The notes under the pieces were generated by a model, which made no database searches, was not told the origin of the DNA, and saw only the letters and a list, made by a program, of their open reading frames with translations. From Syntrophales bacterium (GTDB lineage: Bacteria > Desulfobacterota > Syntrophia > Syntrophales > UBA4778), in assembly GCA_963665615.2 (NCBI GenBank), contig CAXXQE010000008.1, positions 682,001 through 746,000 on the forward strand: a stretch of DNA of 64,000 nucleotides, in the 5' to 3' direction. Positions 1 through 9,893 of this stretch are shown piece after piece. The first letter of the stretch is position 1. The number at the start of each line of letters is the position of its first letter. Both the position numbers and the translations under genes were made by a program.

Positions 1-873
1 GCCTTCCATCTCGAAGCCGACCAGCTTTTTCTCAAAACCCGCCGCCTTTTTCTGCATCAGGGCGTCGCGGCCGAGAAAGTCTTTGGCCGGATCGACGAGC
101 CAGCCGTAAACGACTTCGTAAGGCGTGATGTCTTCATTCATCTCGCTGCCGTAGAGCATCATCCCCGCTTCCAGACGCAGGGTGTCTCGGGCGCCCAAGC
201 CGACGGGTTTGAGGCCGTGGGGCTTCCCCCGTTCCAGCAGCGTGTCCCAGATCATCCCGATCGGATCGTTGGCCGTGTAGATCTCGAAACCGTCCTCGCC
301 GGTATAGCCGCTGCGGGATACCAGGGCGGGTACGCCCAGCAGGGTCGTGCGGACCGATTCGTAATAGCCCAGCACGCTCAGATCCGCCGCCACCATACCC
401 TGTAAAATCGCCTGCGACGCTGGCCCCTGCAGGTCGAGTTTGGAGGTTTCCTCGGTCCGGTCAAAGATCCGGCAATCAAATCCCCGGCGGTCGCGCGCCT
501 CGATCAGGCGGGCAAACACCTTGCCCATGGTCCCGGCATTGGTCACCACCAGGTAGTCGTCTTCGGCGAACTTGTAGACTGTGAGATCGTCAACAATCCC
601 GCCCCGGTCGTTCAGCACCAGACTCAGCTTCATCTGATTGATGCGCTGCTCCGCCAGGTTTCGGCTCATGACCCACTGAAGCAGATCAAAGGCCTGCGGC
701 CCGCGCACCTCGATCTCGCCCATGTGGCAGATGTCAAAGAGACCGGCGGCGGTCCGCGTCGCGCGATGCTCCTCGATCACATTGGTGTATTGGACGGGCA
801 TGGCCCAGCCGCCGAAATCGATGATCCGGGCGCCGAGGGCAACATGACGGTCGTGAAGGGGGGTTATTTTCAT
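1..873 (-). CDS. gcvT: Glycine cleavage system aminomethyltransferase T (runs off the window's left edge)
   Basis: Not in the ORF track. Manual translation from ATG at 873 gives MKITPLHDRHVALGARIIDFGGWAMPVQYTNVIEEHRATRTAAGLFDICHMGE, the typical GcvT N-terminus; GLGARDTLRLEAG follows further in. Confidence 0.93.
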   Translation of the reverse strand, partial: MKITPLHDRHVALGARIIDFGGWAMPVQYTNVIEEHRATRTAAGLFDICHMGEIEVRGPQAFDLLQWVMSRNLAEQRINQMKLSLVLNDRGGIVDDLTVYKFAEDDYLVVTNAGTMGKVFARLIEARDRRGFDCRIFDRTEETSKLDLQGPASQAILQGMVAADLSVLGYYESVRTTLLGVPALVSRSGYTGEDGFEIYTANDPIGMIWDTLLERGKPHGLKPVGLGARDTLRLEAGMMLYGSEMNEDITPYEVVYGWLVDPAKDFLGRDALMQKKAAGFEKKLVGFEMEG

Positions 874-929
874 CGACAATGAGTACTACAACGTCCTGTG
901 GATTTCAAGGGGCGAATATGGAAGTCTGG

Positions 930-980
930 AGCGGCTGAAGCCGCAGTGAACAGTAAACAGTCAACAGTAAATGGTAAGCG
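930..980 (+). repeat. Capped heptamer array: AGCGGCTGAAGCCGC followed by (AGTRAAC-like)x5
   Basis: Direct reading: AGTGAAC AGTAAAC AGTCAAC AGTAAAT GGTAAGC after the palindromic cap. Confidence 0.85.
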
Positions 981-1071
981 GTCCAGCAATTTCATGACGT
1001 TACGGGAGACCAAATGGAAGTGAGTCAGAAGGTATGAGGCGCTTCTATGTTGTCGAGATTTAACGATGCGC

Positions 1072-1120
1072 TATCCGTTCACTGTTCACTCTTCACTGTT
1101 GACTATTTCAGCGTTAGCCT
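1072..1120 (-). repeat. Heptamer array with degenerate cap overlapping the recD2 stop
   Basis: Minus strand reads AGGCTAACGCTGAAAT AGTCAAC AGTGAAG AGTGAAC AGTGAAC; inverted relative to the 930-980 array. Confidence 0.8.
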
Positions 1121-3301
1121 CTGTCTCAAAAAAGTGAAGCGATCCTGGGTCTTTTCATTCCGGACGGCAATGGCCAGGGCCTTCCGGGACCCCACGATCA
1201 CGACCAGATCGCGCCCCCGGGTCACGGCCGTGTAGATCAGGTTGCGCTGGAGCATGATGTAGTGGCTGGTCAGGAGGGGCAGGATGACGACCGGATACTC
1301 GGAGCCCTGCGCCTTGTGGACGGAAACGGCATAGGCCAGCGCCAGGTCGTCCAGGTCGTCGAAGGGGTAGGGGATTTCGCGACCGTCGAAGGTCGCCACC
1401 AGATTCTGCGCCTCCCGGTCGATGCGGGTGATCCGGCCGATGTCGCCGTTGTAGATGTCCTTGTCGTAATCGTTGCGGATCTGCATGATCTTGTCGTGCA
1501 GGCGGAAGGTCCGGCCTCCCCGGCCGATCTCCTGTTTGGTGCTGGGATTGAGCGTCTGCTGCAGCACCTGATTCAGGTGGACGGTGCCGAGCTCCCCCTT
1601 GTTCATGGGGCTGATAACCTGGATATCCTCGACGGGACGGACGCCGAAGCGATCGGGAATCCGGCGGGTCACCAACTCCAGGCACGTCTGCAGGACCCCC
1701 TGCGGGTCTTCGCGTTCGATGATATAGAAGTCCCTCGGCGTCGTCCGGTCCGTTCCTTCCCTTGAAGCGGAGGACACGGGCAGGGCGCCGCTCAAGATCC
1801 GGTGGGCGTTCATGATGATGGCGCTTTCACGGGCCTGACGGAAGACCTCGTCGAGTTTGACGACGGGAACCACGCCGGAAGCGATGATGTCGCGCAGGAC
1901 GTTGCCCGGCCCGACGGAGGGAAGCTGATGGATATCTCCCACCAGGACCAGCCGGATGTCCTCGGGAAGTGCGGCCAGCAGGTTCTTCATCAGGACGATG
2001 TCGATCATCGACACTTCATCGACAATCAGGAGGTTGCAGCGCAGCGGATGGTCCTCGTTGCGCTGAAAGCCTCCCTTGGCGTGGTTGAACTCCAGGAGCC
2101 GGTGGATCGTTGCTGCCGAATGCCCGGTCGTCTCGGTCATCCGCTTCGCCGCCCGGCCCGTCGGAGCGGCCAGGGCGATCTCCGCCCCGAGTTTCAGAAA
2201 GATCTCCAGGATGACCCGGATGATCGTGGTCTTGCCCGTGCCGGGGCCGCCGGTAATGACGAGAACTTTCTCGTTCAAGGCATCCCGGACGGCATCGCGT
2301 TGCTTGTCCGCCAGCTGGAGGCCCAGTTTCGCCTGCACGCGGGACAGGGCGCGTTCGGGTTCGATGCGCGCCGCACGGCCGGAGGATGCGGCCAGCGCCG
2401 CCAGACGCCTGGCCACGTCGAGCTCCGATTCATACAGAGCGACGGGATAGACGCCCTTGCCCGGAATCGTCTCATCGATCCAGATCCGGCCTGACGCCGC
2501 TGCGGCCCCGATCCCGGCCTCGATCTGCGCGTCGTCGGTCTTGAGCAGGTCCCGGCAGTTGTGCACGAGACGCTGCCAGGGGACGTAGACGTTTCCCGAC
2601 TCCGCCAGATGCATGAGAACATACAGGATGCCCGCCTCCACCCGAAAGGCCGAGTCCCTGGCGAATCCGAGTTTCTCCGCGATGTGATCGGCTGTGAGAA
2701 AGCCGAATCCCGGGATATCTGCGGCCAGCCGGTAGGGGTTGGCCTTCAGGATATTGACGGCCCCTTGGCCATAGTGCTTGTAGATCCGGACGGCATAACC
2801 GGAACCGACGCCATGACCCTGCAGAAACACGATGAGCGTGCGGATCTCCCGCTGTTCCAGCCAGGCCCGTTTGATCTCCGCGAGTTTCGCGGGTCCGATC
2901 CCCTCCACCTCCAGAAGGCGTTCGGGGGTCTTCTCCAGGATGTCGATGGACTCGATGCCGAAGCGCTTGATGATCCGCGAGGCCATGACCGGGCCGATGC
3001 CGCGGATGAGCCCGGAGGCGAGATACGTCTCCATGCCCTCCGCCGTGAGGGGCAGGATAGACTCGAAGTGAACGATCCGGAACTGTTCGCCGAACTTCGG
3101 ATGCCGTGTCCACTCGCCCGCGGCCTTGATGAACTGCCCGGCCTCCGGCGCCACGAGATTGCCGACAATGGTCACGGGCTCCAGCCGTCCGGCGACGGTC
3201 ATCCGGGCGATCGTATAGCCGTTTTCCTCATTGAAGAAGGTGATCTTGTCGATGTGTCCCTGCAGCTCGGTCAGCGTCTTTTCTGTCTGAGGCTTTTCCA
3301 T
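1103..3301 (-). CDS. recD2: ATP-dependent RecD2-like (SF1B) DNA helicase
   Basis: N-terminal OB-like region, HhH motifs (GIGP), Walker A GGPGTGKTT, DEVSM, AVSVHKAQGSEY, RNLIYTAVTRG. Start placed at MEKPQ (3301); the track extends to 3367. Confidence 0.92.
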   Translation of the reverse strand: MEKPQTEKTLTELQGHIDKITFFNEENGYTIARMTVAGRLEPVTIVGNLVAPEAGQFIKAAGEWTRHPKFGEQFRIVHFESILPLTAEGMETYLASGLIRGIGPVMASRIIKRFGIESIDILEKTPERLLEVEGIGPAKLAEIKRAWLEQREIRTLIVFLQGHGVGSGYAVRIYKHYGQGAVNILKANPYRLAADIPGFGFLTADHIAEKLGFARDSAFRVEAGILYVLMHLAESGNVYVPWQRLVHNCRDLLKTDDAQIEAGIGAAAASGRIWIDETIPGKGVYPVALYESELDVARRLAALAASSGRAARIEPERALSRVQAKLGLQLADKQRDAVRDALNEKVLVITGGPGTGKTTIIRVILEIFLKLGAEIALAAPTGRAAKRMTETTGHSAATIHRLLEFNHAKGGFQRNEDHPLRCNLLIVDEVSMIDIVLMKNLLAALPEDIRLVLVGDIHQLPSVGPGNVLRDIIASGVVPVVKLDEVFRQARESAIIMNAHRILSGALPVSSASREGTDRTTPRDFYIIEREDPQGVLQTCLELVTRRIPDRFGVRPVEDIQVISPMNKGELGTVHLNQVLQQTLNPSTKQEIGRGGRTFRLHDKIMQIRNDYDKDIYNGDIGRITRIDREAQNLVATFDGREIPYPFDDLDDLALAYAVSVHKAQGSEYPVVILPLLTSHYIMLQRNLIYTAVTRGRDLVVIVGSRKALAIAVRNEKTQDRFTFLRQRLTLK

Positions 3302-3456
3302 GGGGAGGCATTCTAGCCTTGCCGCGGGCGGGGTGCAAACATTCTTTTTCTTCGGGGAAGCATCCATGCTTGCGGGTTATTGCATCGGCGATCCTGAATC
3401 CGGTAACGGGCGAATCATGTTTAAACATTTTCCTTACGGCATGTTTGTTTCCTAAC

Positions 3457-3490
3457 TTAGAGCTTGTCCGCATTTACGGACAAGCTCTAA
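3457..3490. repeat. Perfect 14-bp inverted repeat TTAGAGCTTGTCCG-N6-CGGACAAGCTCTAA
   Basis: Direct reading; it contains the TAG stop of the upstream helicase gene. Confidence 0.85.
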
Positions 3491-6400
3491 AACAGTTCCA
3501 TCTGCGCTGTTCCTTTGCGCGCTTTTCTCTTGCCAGAGCGTGCGGCAACGGACGTTGAGATCAGGTTCGTCGGGATCTCGTCGATAAAGCGGGAAAGCCC
3601 TCGGGGCGCGGGACCGGCCCAGGGACGGTTTTCTGAGGCGGTCAGAATCACCCGCTCTTCGGCGCGGGTGAGCCCCACGTAAAAAAGCCGCCGTTCCTCT
3701 TCGATATCCGCATCGGGCCACAGCGAACAGGGCAGCAGCCCCTCTTCCATCCCGGTCAGGAAGACGACCGGAAACTCCAGACCCTTGGCGCTGTGCAGGG
3801 TCATCAGGGCAACGGCCTCAGCGCGTTCGTCGTAGACCGAGGCGTCGGCGTAGCGGCGCAGATGGCCCGCAAAGGTGGCCAGGTCGCCGCCGAAACTTCC
3901 GGCCAGGTCCAGCAATCGCTTGGCGTCTGCAGACTCCGGGACGATCGAGAGAAAGGGCAGGACTTCGGCCAGGGTGCTGGCCAGACCGCTGTGGCTCGCA
4001 GCCTCTCTGAAGCGCTCCTGGGCTTCACGAAGCGCTGTCAGGGCTCGCCCTGCTGCCTGCGGCAACTCTGGAAGCACGCGGCAAGCCCAGAAATCACCCG
4101 TCAGAGGAAGGGCCGCCTCCATCCGGTCGATGGTGGCGCTACCGATTCCGGGCAGGCCGGCGGCAAGCATGAGCCAGTCGGCGATCGTTTGAGAACCGGC
4201 CGCAGTCTGCACGAACGTGTAGGCAGGCCGCAATGCCGGCGCCAGATAAAAGGGCGCCGTTCCGACTTGCTGAAAGGGAATGCCGCGTCGTTCCAGCGCA
4301 GTGGCGATCTCTTCGGCCTGCCTGCCGAGTCGGAAGAGCACGGCGATGTCTCCGAAGCTCAGGCCGCGCTCCGATTCATTGTCGCCGCCCCGGCCGGAGG
4401 CGAGAGAAAAATGTTCGATGCCGCCCATCAGTTCCTCGATCCGGCGTACAATGAATTCCGCCTCCGCTGCAGGGGACGGCGCTTTGTAGAGTTCAATGGC
4501 GCCATAGCGGCCGGATTCGGCAACAAGGGCCGGCCGGACTTCTGACCGGCTTTGATGTTCTTTGTTATGCGCCACAAGCACCATTGCGGCTGTCACAATG
4601 ACGGAGGGGCAACGATAGTTGCGGTTCAGGAACACCTGCGCTACGCCCGGCATCGCGGCAAAGCGAAAGAAAAAGGCGGGATCGCTCCCCCGGAAGCCAT
4701 AGATGGCCTGGTCCGGATCGCCGATCGCAAAAACCCGGCTGGTTTCGGCCAGGATTTTCACCAGATCGAACTGGCTTTCATTCAGATCCTGGAACTCGTC
4801 CACAAAGAGGTGCTCCAGCGAAGCGCCGATCTCTCGTCTAAGGGCGGCATCCTGGTTGATCCGCCGGACAAATTCCGGGATCACGGCATCCAGGTCGATG
4901 GCGCCCAGTCGTTCGAGTTCCACCAGGTAGGGTCGGATATTTTCAGGCGCCGTTTCGGCGACACCATGGAAATGATCGGTGATCTGCTCGCCGAGGCGGT
5001 TGCGTTCTCCTGCGCCCAGCTCAGGAAAGAGGCGCTTTAGGAAGCGTTCGCGGCTCTCCGGGCCAATGACTTCGAGCGCGGGCGCGCTGCGGCGCAGTCC
5101 CTGAAGACAGAATTGATGGAAGGTTCCCACGAAGACCCGCTCACCAGCTGGTCCGGCCCATTTCTGCAAACGTTCACGCACCTCGTCCGCGGCCTTGATG
5201 GTGAAGGTGATGGCCGCCATCCGCTCCGGATCACTGCCCCGGGTCAGAAGGGTTGCGATCCGCTGTGTCAGGGTATAGGTCTTTCCTGTCCCCGGACCGG
5301 CGCTCACCAGGAGATGGCGGCTCTCCGAGTCGATGGCCGCTGCCTGCTCCGGGTTGGGGCCATCGGTTTTCAGCGGGACGCTGCACGCCTGGTTGCTGTC
5401 TTCCGTCAAGGCCGGCAACGACAGGGACGCGGTCTGTTTTTTCCGTGCGCGCCGTGCGCCCGGTCTCTCATCGAACAGGCGGTTCTGTCCGGCCAGCCGT
5501 TCCAGTTCCCCTTCTTCGAAGACCCGGATCACGCCGTACTCGCCGTCGTAGCCGGGCTGGCGGACGACCCGGCCGCTGCGCATCCGCTCGATCGCCTCTC
5601 CCAGGATCGGGAAGGCCTCGCGGATCTCGTCCACGTCGGCGTGCAGGAGGATGTTGAATTCCGAGCCGAACCGCGCGATGGTGCGACTGTACTGTTCCAT
5701 CACCTTTTTGGAGGCCGGTCCGGTCCCCAGGATCTCCCCCAAGACCTCGGGAAGCGGAATCAGGCTGAAGACCTCGGGCGAGTCTTCACGATAGAGCGGG
5801 CGCTTCCGGTCGGCCAGTTCCATGACGCGGTGACAGACGCCCACGGTCAGCGGCTTGCCGCAAACCGGGCAGGCGAGCCCCAGCCGCCGCGTCTCCAGGG
5901 GATCGAGGCAGACATGGCAGGCGCGGTGGCCGTCGGCGTGGTACTTCCCCTCCTCGGGAAAAAACTCCACCGTTCCCCGGAAGGTATCGCGCCGGTTGCC
6001 GCGGATGGCTTCCTTGAGGGAAAAGAAGTCCAGGTCCGTAGACAAGAGGTTGGCCTCCCGTCCCAGCTTGCCGGGGGAGTGGCAGTCGGAGTTGGAGATC
6101 ATGGCGAAGCGATCCAGGCCGGAGATCAGTCGGTTCATGTCCGGATCGGAGGAAAGACCGGTTTCCAGGGCGAAGATGTGGGGCGTCAGGTCGCCGAAAC
6201 ACGCCTCGATCGTATCGAATCCGGACTTGGAACCGAACAGGGAGAACCAGGGGGTCCAGATATGGGCCGGAACCAGGAACCCGTCGGGTGCCTTTTCCAG
6301 CAGGATTTCCAGCAGGTCGTGGCTGTCCAGTCCCAGGATCGGGCGGCCGTCGGACTCGATATTGCCGATGCCTGCCAGGGTGGCGTTCAGCCGCTCGGCA

Positions 6401-6753
6401 GAGGCGAAATCCGGCACGTAGAGCAGGTTGTGAACCTTGCGCACGGCGCCGTCACGTTTATAGATGCTGCTGATCTCTGCCGACAGCAGAAAGCGCACCG
6501 GGGTCGGCGCAGGCGTCACCCCCTTGAGCGGCGCGGTGATCGTTGCCTCATCCTTCAGTCGGAATAATCCCGCTTCGGCGGGGATCAATTCCTCCTTGAG
6601 ACGCCGGAACCAGGCGGGATGGGTGAAGTCGCCGGTCGCGATCACCTGGATGCCCTTGATCCGCGCCCAACCGGCCAGGCCGCTCAGGGTACCCTCCGGG
6701 CTGGTGGCCCGGGAGTAGGGGGAGTGCGTGTGCAGATCGGCAATGTAGTCCAT
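3487..6753 (-). CDS. EndoQ-family PHP nuclease (with Zn finger) fused to a UvrD/REP helicase
   Basis: DLHTHS, TGDFTHP, PAHIWTPWFS, ETGLSSD, SNSDCHS, GKYHADGHRAC and CPVCG, then AGPGTGKT, VDEFQD, GDPDQAIYGFRG, TLHSAKGLEFPVV and EEERRLFYVGLTRA. Confidence 0.9.
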   Translation of the reverse strand: MDYIADLHTHSPYSRATSPEGTLSGLAGWARIKGIQVIATGDFTHPAWFRRLKEELIPAEAGLFRLKDEATITAPLKGVTPAPTPVRFLLSAEISSIYKRDGAVRKVHNLLYVPDFASAERLNATLAGIGNIESDGRPILGLDSHDLLEILLEKAPDGFLVPAHIWTPWFSLFGSKSGFDTIEACFGDLTPHIFALETGLSSDPDMNRLISGLDRFAMISNSDCHSPGKLGREANLLSTDLDFFSLKEAIRGNRRDTFRGTVEFFPEEGKYHADGHRACHVCLDPLETRRLGLACPVCGKPLTVGVCHRVMELADRKRPLYREDSPEVFSLIPLPEVLGEILGTGPASKKVMEQYSRTIARFGSEFNILLHADVDEIREAFPILGEAIERMRSGRVVRQPGYDGEYGVIRVFEEGELERLAGQNRLFDERPGARRARKKQTASLSLPALTEDSNQACSVPLKTDGPNPEQAAAIDSESRHLLVSAGPGTGKTYTLTQRIATLLTRGSDPERMAAITFTIKAADEVRERLQKWAGPAGERVFVGTFHQFCLQGLRRSAPALEVIGPESRERFLKRLFPELGAGERNRLGEQITDHFHGVAETAPENIRPYLVELERLGAIDLDAVIPEFVRRINQDAALRREIGASLEHLFVDEFQDLNESQFDLVKILAETSRVFAIGDPDQAIYGFRGSDPAFFFRFAAMPGVAQVFLNRNYRCPSVIVTAAMVLVAHNKEHQSRSEVRPALVAESGRYGAIELYKAPSPAAEAEFIVRRIEELMGGIEHFSLASGRGGDNESERGLSFGDIAVLFRLGRQAEEIATALERRGIPFQQVGTAPFYLAPALRPAYTFVQTAAGSQTIADWLMLAAGLPGIGSATIDRMEAALPLTGDFWACRVLPELPQAAGRALTALREAQERFREAASHSGLASTLAEVLPFLSIVPESADAKRLLDLAGSFGGDLATFAGHLRRYADASVYDERAEAVALMTLHSAKGLEFPVVFLTGMEEGLLPCSLWPDADIEEERRLFYVGLTRAEERVILTASENRPWAGPAPRGLSRFIDEIPTNLISTSVAARSGKRKARKGTAQMELF

Positions 6754-7011
6754 GGCAGTTGTGCCCCCTTGTGCTCGAACACGGTGTCCATTCAGAATGT
6801 CGGATTTTCCATAAAACGGGCCTGCAAGTCAACTGTTACCCCTTTCCCGGACGATGTGCCCGAGATGATTGACGAACCCTGATTTTGCTGATATAGCTTT
6901 TCCTTAACTGGCCAAAATCCCAAACCAAATTTGTATCAATACATTACTACAATACAGTCCCGCCCCGGGTTGCAGGCGCCGTCCGGAGGCAGATCTATCG
7001 AAAGGGTATCC

Positions 7012-8514
7012 GTGAAAGTTCTTCTTGCCGGCTACAACCTGGATCATGACCTGATCCGGGAAATCGAAACGATGCACCCGGAGCTGCAGACCCTGACGCC
7101 GGAGACCATCTCGGCGGCCTATGCCCGGATCAGCCGTAGTCCGCTGGCGGTGGATGAGCTGCGGCGCGCTGCACGTCAGGAGGTCGAAAAGGCGCGCCAG
7201 TCCAACCGCAATATCGTCTTCGACATGGGGCACAGCTCTATTGCGGAGCACGCCGTTTTCAACATCGATCTGCTCGGGGTCTCCCGCCTGGTTGTCGAAG
7301 AGATCGAGCGGGCGCGCCTGTGCTCCTTCACAGAGAAATCGCAGCGCTACGTCCTCTTTCAGGATGACTTCGTCGTTCCGCTGGAACTGAAAGGGACGGC
7401 GTGCGAAGACCGCTTCACCGCCACAGTCCGCGAGCAGTACGCCCTGTATCATGAGCTCTATGAAAAACTCCGGGACTATGTCTTCGAAACCCACGCCAAG
7501 TTGGCGCGGGACCCGGCCAAACAGGGACTCCTGGAAGGGTGGGCCAAAGAGGATGCCCGTTACATCATCGCCCAGGCGACGGAAACCCAGCTCGGCATGA
7601 CCCTCAATGCCCGCAACCTCGAACTGATGCTCAAGCGGCTGGCGGCGTCTTCGCTGGAAGAGGCGCGGGAGCTGGGACGCAGACTCCATGAGGTGGCCGT
7701 TGAAGTGACGCCATCGCTTATCCGGTATGCCACGCCCACTGCCTTCGACCTTGAGACGCGCCCCCTGTTGGCCAATCTGGCCGCGCAGAGCATTGCCGAA
7801 TGGGGAAAGAAAAAATGGGACGATAAACCGCGGGCAATCGCCAAAAAGGGCAACGTCGTTCTCTACGATGCAACCCCGGAGGCGGACGACCGGCTGATCG
7901 CCACACTGTTGTTTACCTCGTCGGGGCACCCCATGGAAAAATGCCTCAATGTGGCCGCGCTCATGGACCCTGCCGAAAAGGAAGCCCTGATTCGCGGGTC
8001 CTTCCACGCCATCACGGCGCACGATGCCCCGATGCGAGAGTTCGAGGCAAGCGAATTGTGCTTCGAACTGACCGTCAGTGCGTCCTGTTTCGCGCAACTC
8101 AAGCGGCACCGCATCGCCACGATTCACGTGCAACCCTATTACCCGGCGTTGGGCGTGACAATTCCGCCTGCCGTTGCGGCCGTCAACATGACTGGTCGTT
8201 TCCGTGAGGTCATCGCCAGGACCGAAGAAACCTACGAACAGATCAAACAGGTTGCGCCCGAGGCGGCGCCCTATATCCTGACCAACGCCCATCGGCGACG
8301 GGTCTCCCTCAAGATCAACGCTCGGGAGATGTACCATATTGCGCGACTGCGGGCCGACGCCCATGCCCAGTGGGATATCCGCGAAACGACCGATCGGATG
8401 CTCGCCCTGGCACGGCGCATTATGCCGCTGACCATGATGCTCGCAACCGGGAAGGACGCCTTCTCGCCGCTCTATGAACAACATTTTCCCAAGGATGGAA
8501 CAACCGCGCCATGA
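7012..8514 (+). CDS. thyX: FAD-dependent thymidylate synthase with two tandem ThyX domains
   Basis: GHSSIAEH, RARLCSFTEKSQRY and EDARY...TLNARNL in domain 1; QLKRHR, INAREMYH and HAQWDIR in domain 2. GTG start at 7012 is inferred. Confidence 0.85.
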   Translation: MKVLLAGYNLDHDLIREIETMHPELQTLTPETISAAYARISRSPLAVDELRRAARQEVEKARQSNRNIVFDMGHSSIAEHAVFNIDLLGVSRLVVEEIERARLCSFTEKSQRYVLFQDDFVVPLELKGTACEDRFTATVREQYALYHELYEKLRDYVFETHAKLARDPAKQGLLEGWAKEDARYIIAQATETQLGMTLNARNLELMLKRLAASSLEEARELGRRLHEVAVEVTPSLIRYATPTAFDLETRPLLANLAAQSIAEWGKKKWDDKPRAIAKKGNVVLYDATPEADDRLIATLLFTSSGHPMEKCLNVAALMDPAEKEALIRGSFHAITAHDAPMREFEASELCFELTVSASCFAQLKRHRIATIHVQPYYPALGVTIPPAVAAVNMTGRFREVIARTEETYEQIKQVAPEAAPYILTNAHRRRVSLKINAREMYHIARLRADAHAQWDIRETTDRMLALARRIMPLTMMLATGKDAFSPLYEQHFPKDGTTAP

Positions 8515-9785
8515 CTGCTACGGGACTCTTTACGCTTTTTCTCCTGATCTTCTGCGCCGGCGCCGCCTTCAAGTGGTTCCTCGTTCAGCTCAACGTCGCC
8601 CATATCCGGCGCTTCGGCCATCGGGTGCCGGATGTTTTTAAAGAAGACATCGACAGCCAGACTCTTTCGAAGATGAGTGGTTATACGATCGAATCTTCGC
8701 GCTTCGAATCTCTTGAGACCCTCGTCAATGACGGGATCATCCTGGTCCTGCTCCTGAGCGGCTTGCTGCCCTGGCTGACCAGTCGGATTCTGCAGTTCGG
8801 CTGGCACCCCATCGCCTCGGGACTCGTCTTCTTCGCAGTCCTGGCCCTGGGCGGCACGCTGATCGATATCCCCTTTGAGTTATACAGCACTTTCCGGATC
8901 GAAAAGAAACACGGATTCAGCACCATCACGGGCCAGCTGTGGCTGGCGGATTTCTTCAAAAACCTCGTTCTCTCCGCTATCCTGCTTGCGCTTCTACTCA
9001 CGCCGGTTCTGGCCCTGATTTTTTATTGTGAGCGCACCTGGTGGCTGTGGGCCTGGATCTTCTTCGCCCTCTTTCAACTCTTGATCCTGTGGCTCTACCC
9101 GGTGGTGATCGCGCCGCTCTTCAACAAATACGAACCGGTTCAGGACGAAGCCCTCGGAGAGAAGATCGTCGCCATGGCGGATCGGGCTGGTTTTAAGGTC
9201 AAGGGCATCTTTCAGGTCGATGCGGGCAAACGCAGCCGTCATTCCAACGCCTACTTCACAGGCATCGGCAAAAGCAAGCGCATTGTCCTGTATGACACCC
9301 TGATCGAATCCCACAGCCACGACGAGATCCTGGCCGTTTTGGCGCACGAGGTCGGTCACTGGAAAAAGAAACACATCCTCAAACAGTTGATCGCCATCGA
9401 GGTCCTGGCATTCGGATTCTTTTATGCCGCCGGGCGTCTGCTGGACGGGGAAACGCTCTACCGGGTCTTCGGCTTTGATCAGAAGTGTTTTTTTGCGGGC
9501 CTTCTCCTGCTGACGCTCATGGTCCGGCCGCTCTTCTTTTTCCTGAGCCCGATCGGCTCCGCCATCGCCCGTCGATACGAACGACAGGCCGATGCCTTCG
9601 CCGTCGGTGTGATGGGCACTGGCCGTCCGCTGGCCGACGCCCTGAAACGCCTCGCCAAGGACAATCTCGCCAACCTCTACCCACACCCATTCTACGTCCT
9701 GGCGCATTACTCCCATCCCCCGCTGACGGTGCGCATTGCAACGCTGCTGGCGGTGACCGGTGAATGCAAAAAAGGAGAACGGTAG
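8511..9785 (+). CDS. M48 (Ste24-like) membrane zinc metallopeptidase
   Basis: Multiple TM segments, SNAYFTG, LAHEVGH (HExxH), ERQAD, HYSHPP. Confidence 0.92.
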   Translation: MTATGLFTLFLLIFCAGAAFKWFLVQLNVAHIRRFGHRVPDVFKEDIDSQTLSKMSGYTIESSRFESLETLVNDGIILVLLLSGLLPWLTSRILQFGWHPIASGLVFFAVLALGGTLIDIPFELYSTFRIEKKHGFSTITGQLWLADFFKNLVLSAILLALLLTPVLALIFYCERTWWLWAWIFFALFQLLILWLYPVVIAPLFNKYEPVQDEALGEKIVAMADRAGFKVKGIFQVDAGKRSRHSNAYFTGIGKSKRIVLYDTLIESHSHDEILAVLAHEVGHWKKKHILKQLIAIEVLAFGFFYAAGRLLDGETLYRVFGFDQKCFFAGLLLLTLMVRPLFFFLSPIGSAIARRYERQADAFAVGVMGTGRPLADALKRLAKDNLANLYPHPFYVLAHYSHPPLTVRIATLLAVTGECKKGER

Positions 9786-9893
9786 CTCCACGCCGCCTGA
9801 GTGAATCGGAGATTCGCTGGAGCTTGCTCGGGTGAGTCTTCAATGAGCGGTGCGCCACCCTGTTTACTATTTACTATTCACTGACTGCTGAAT

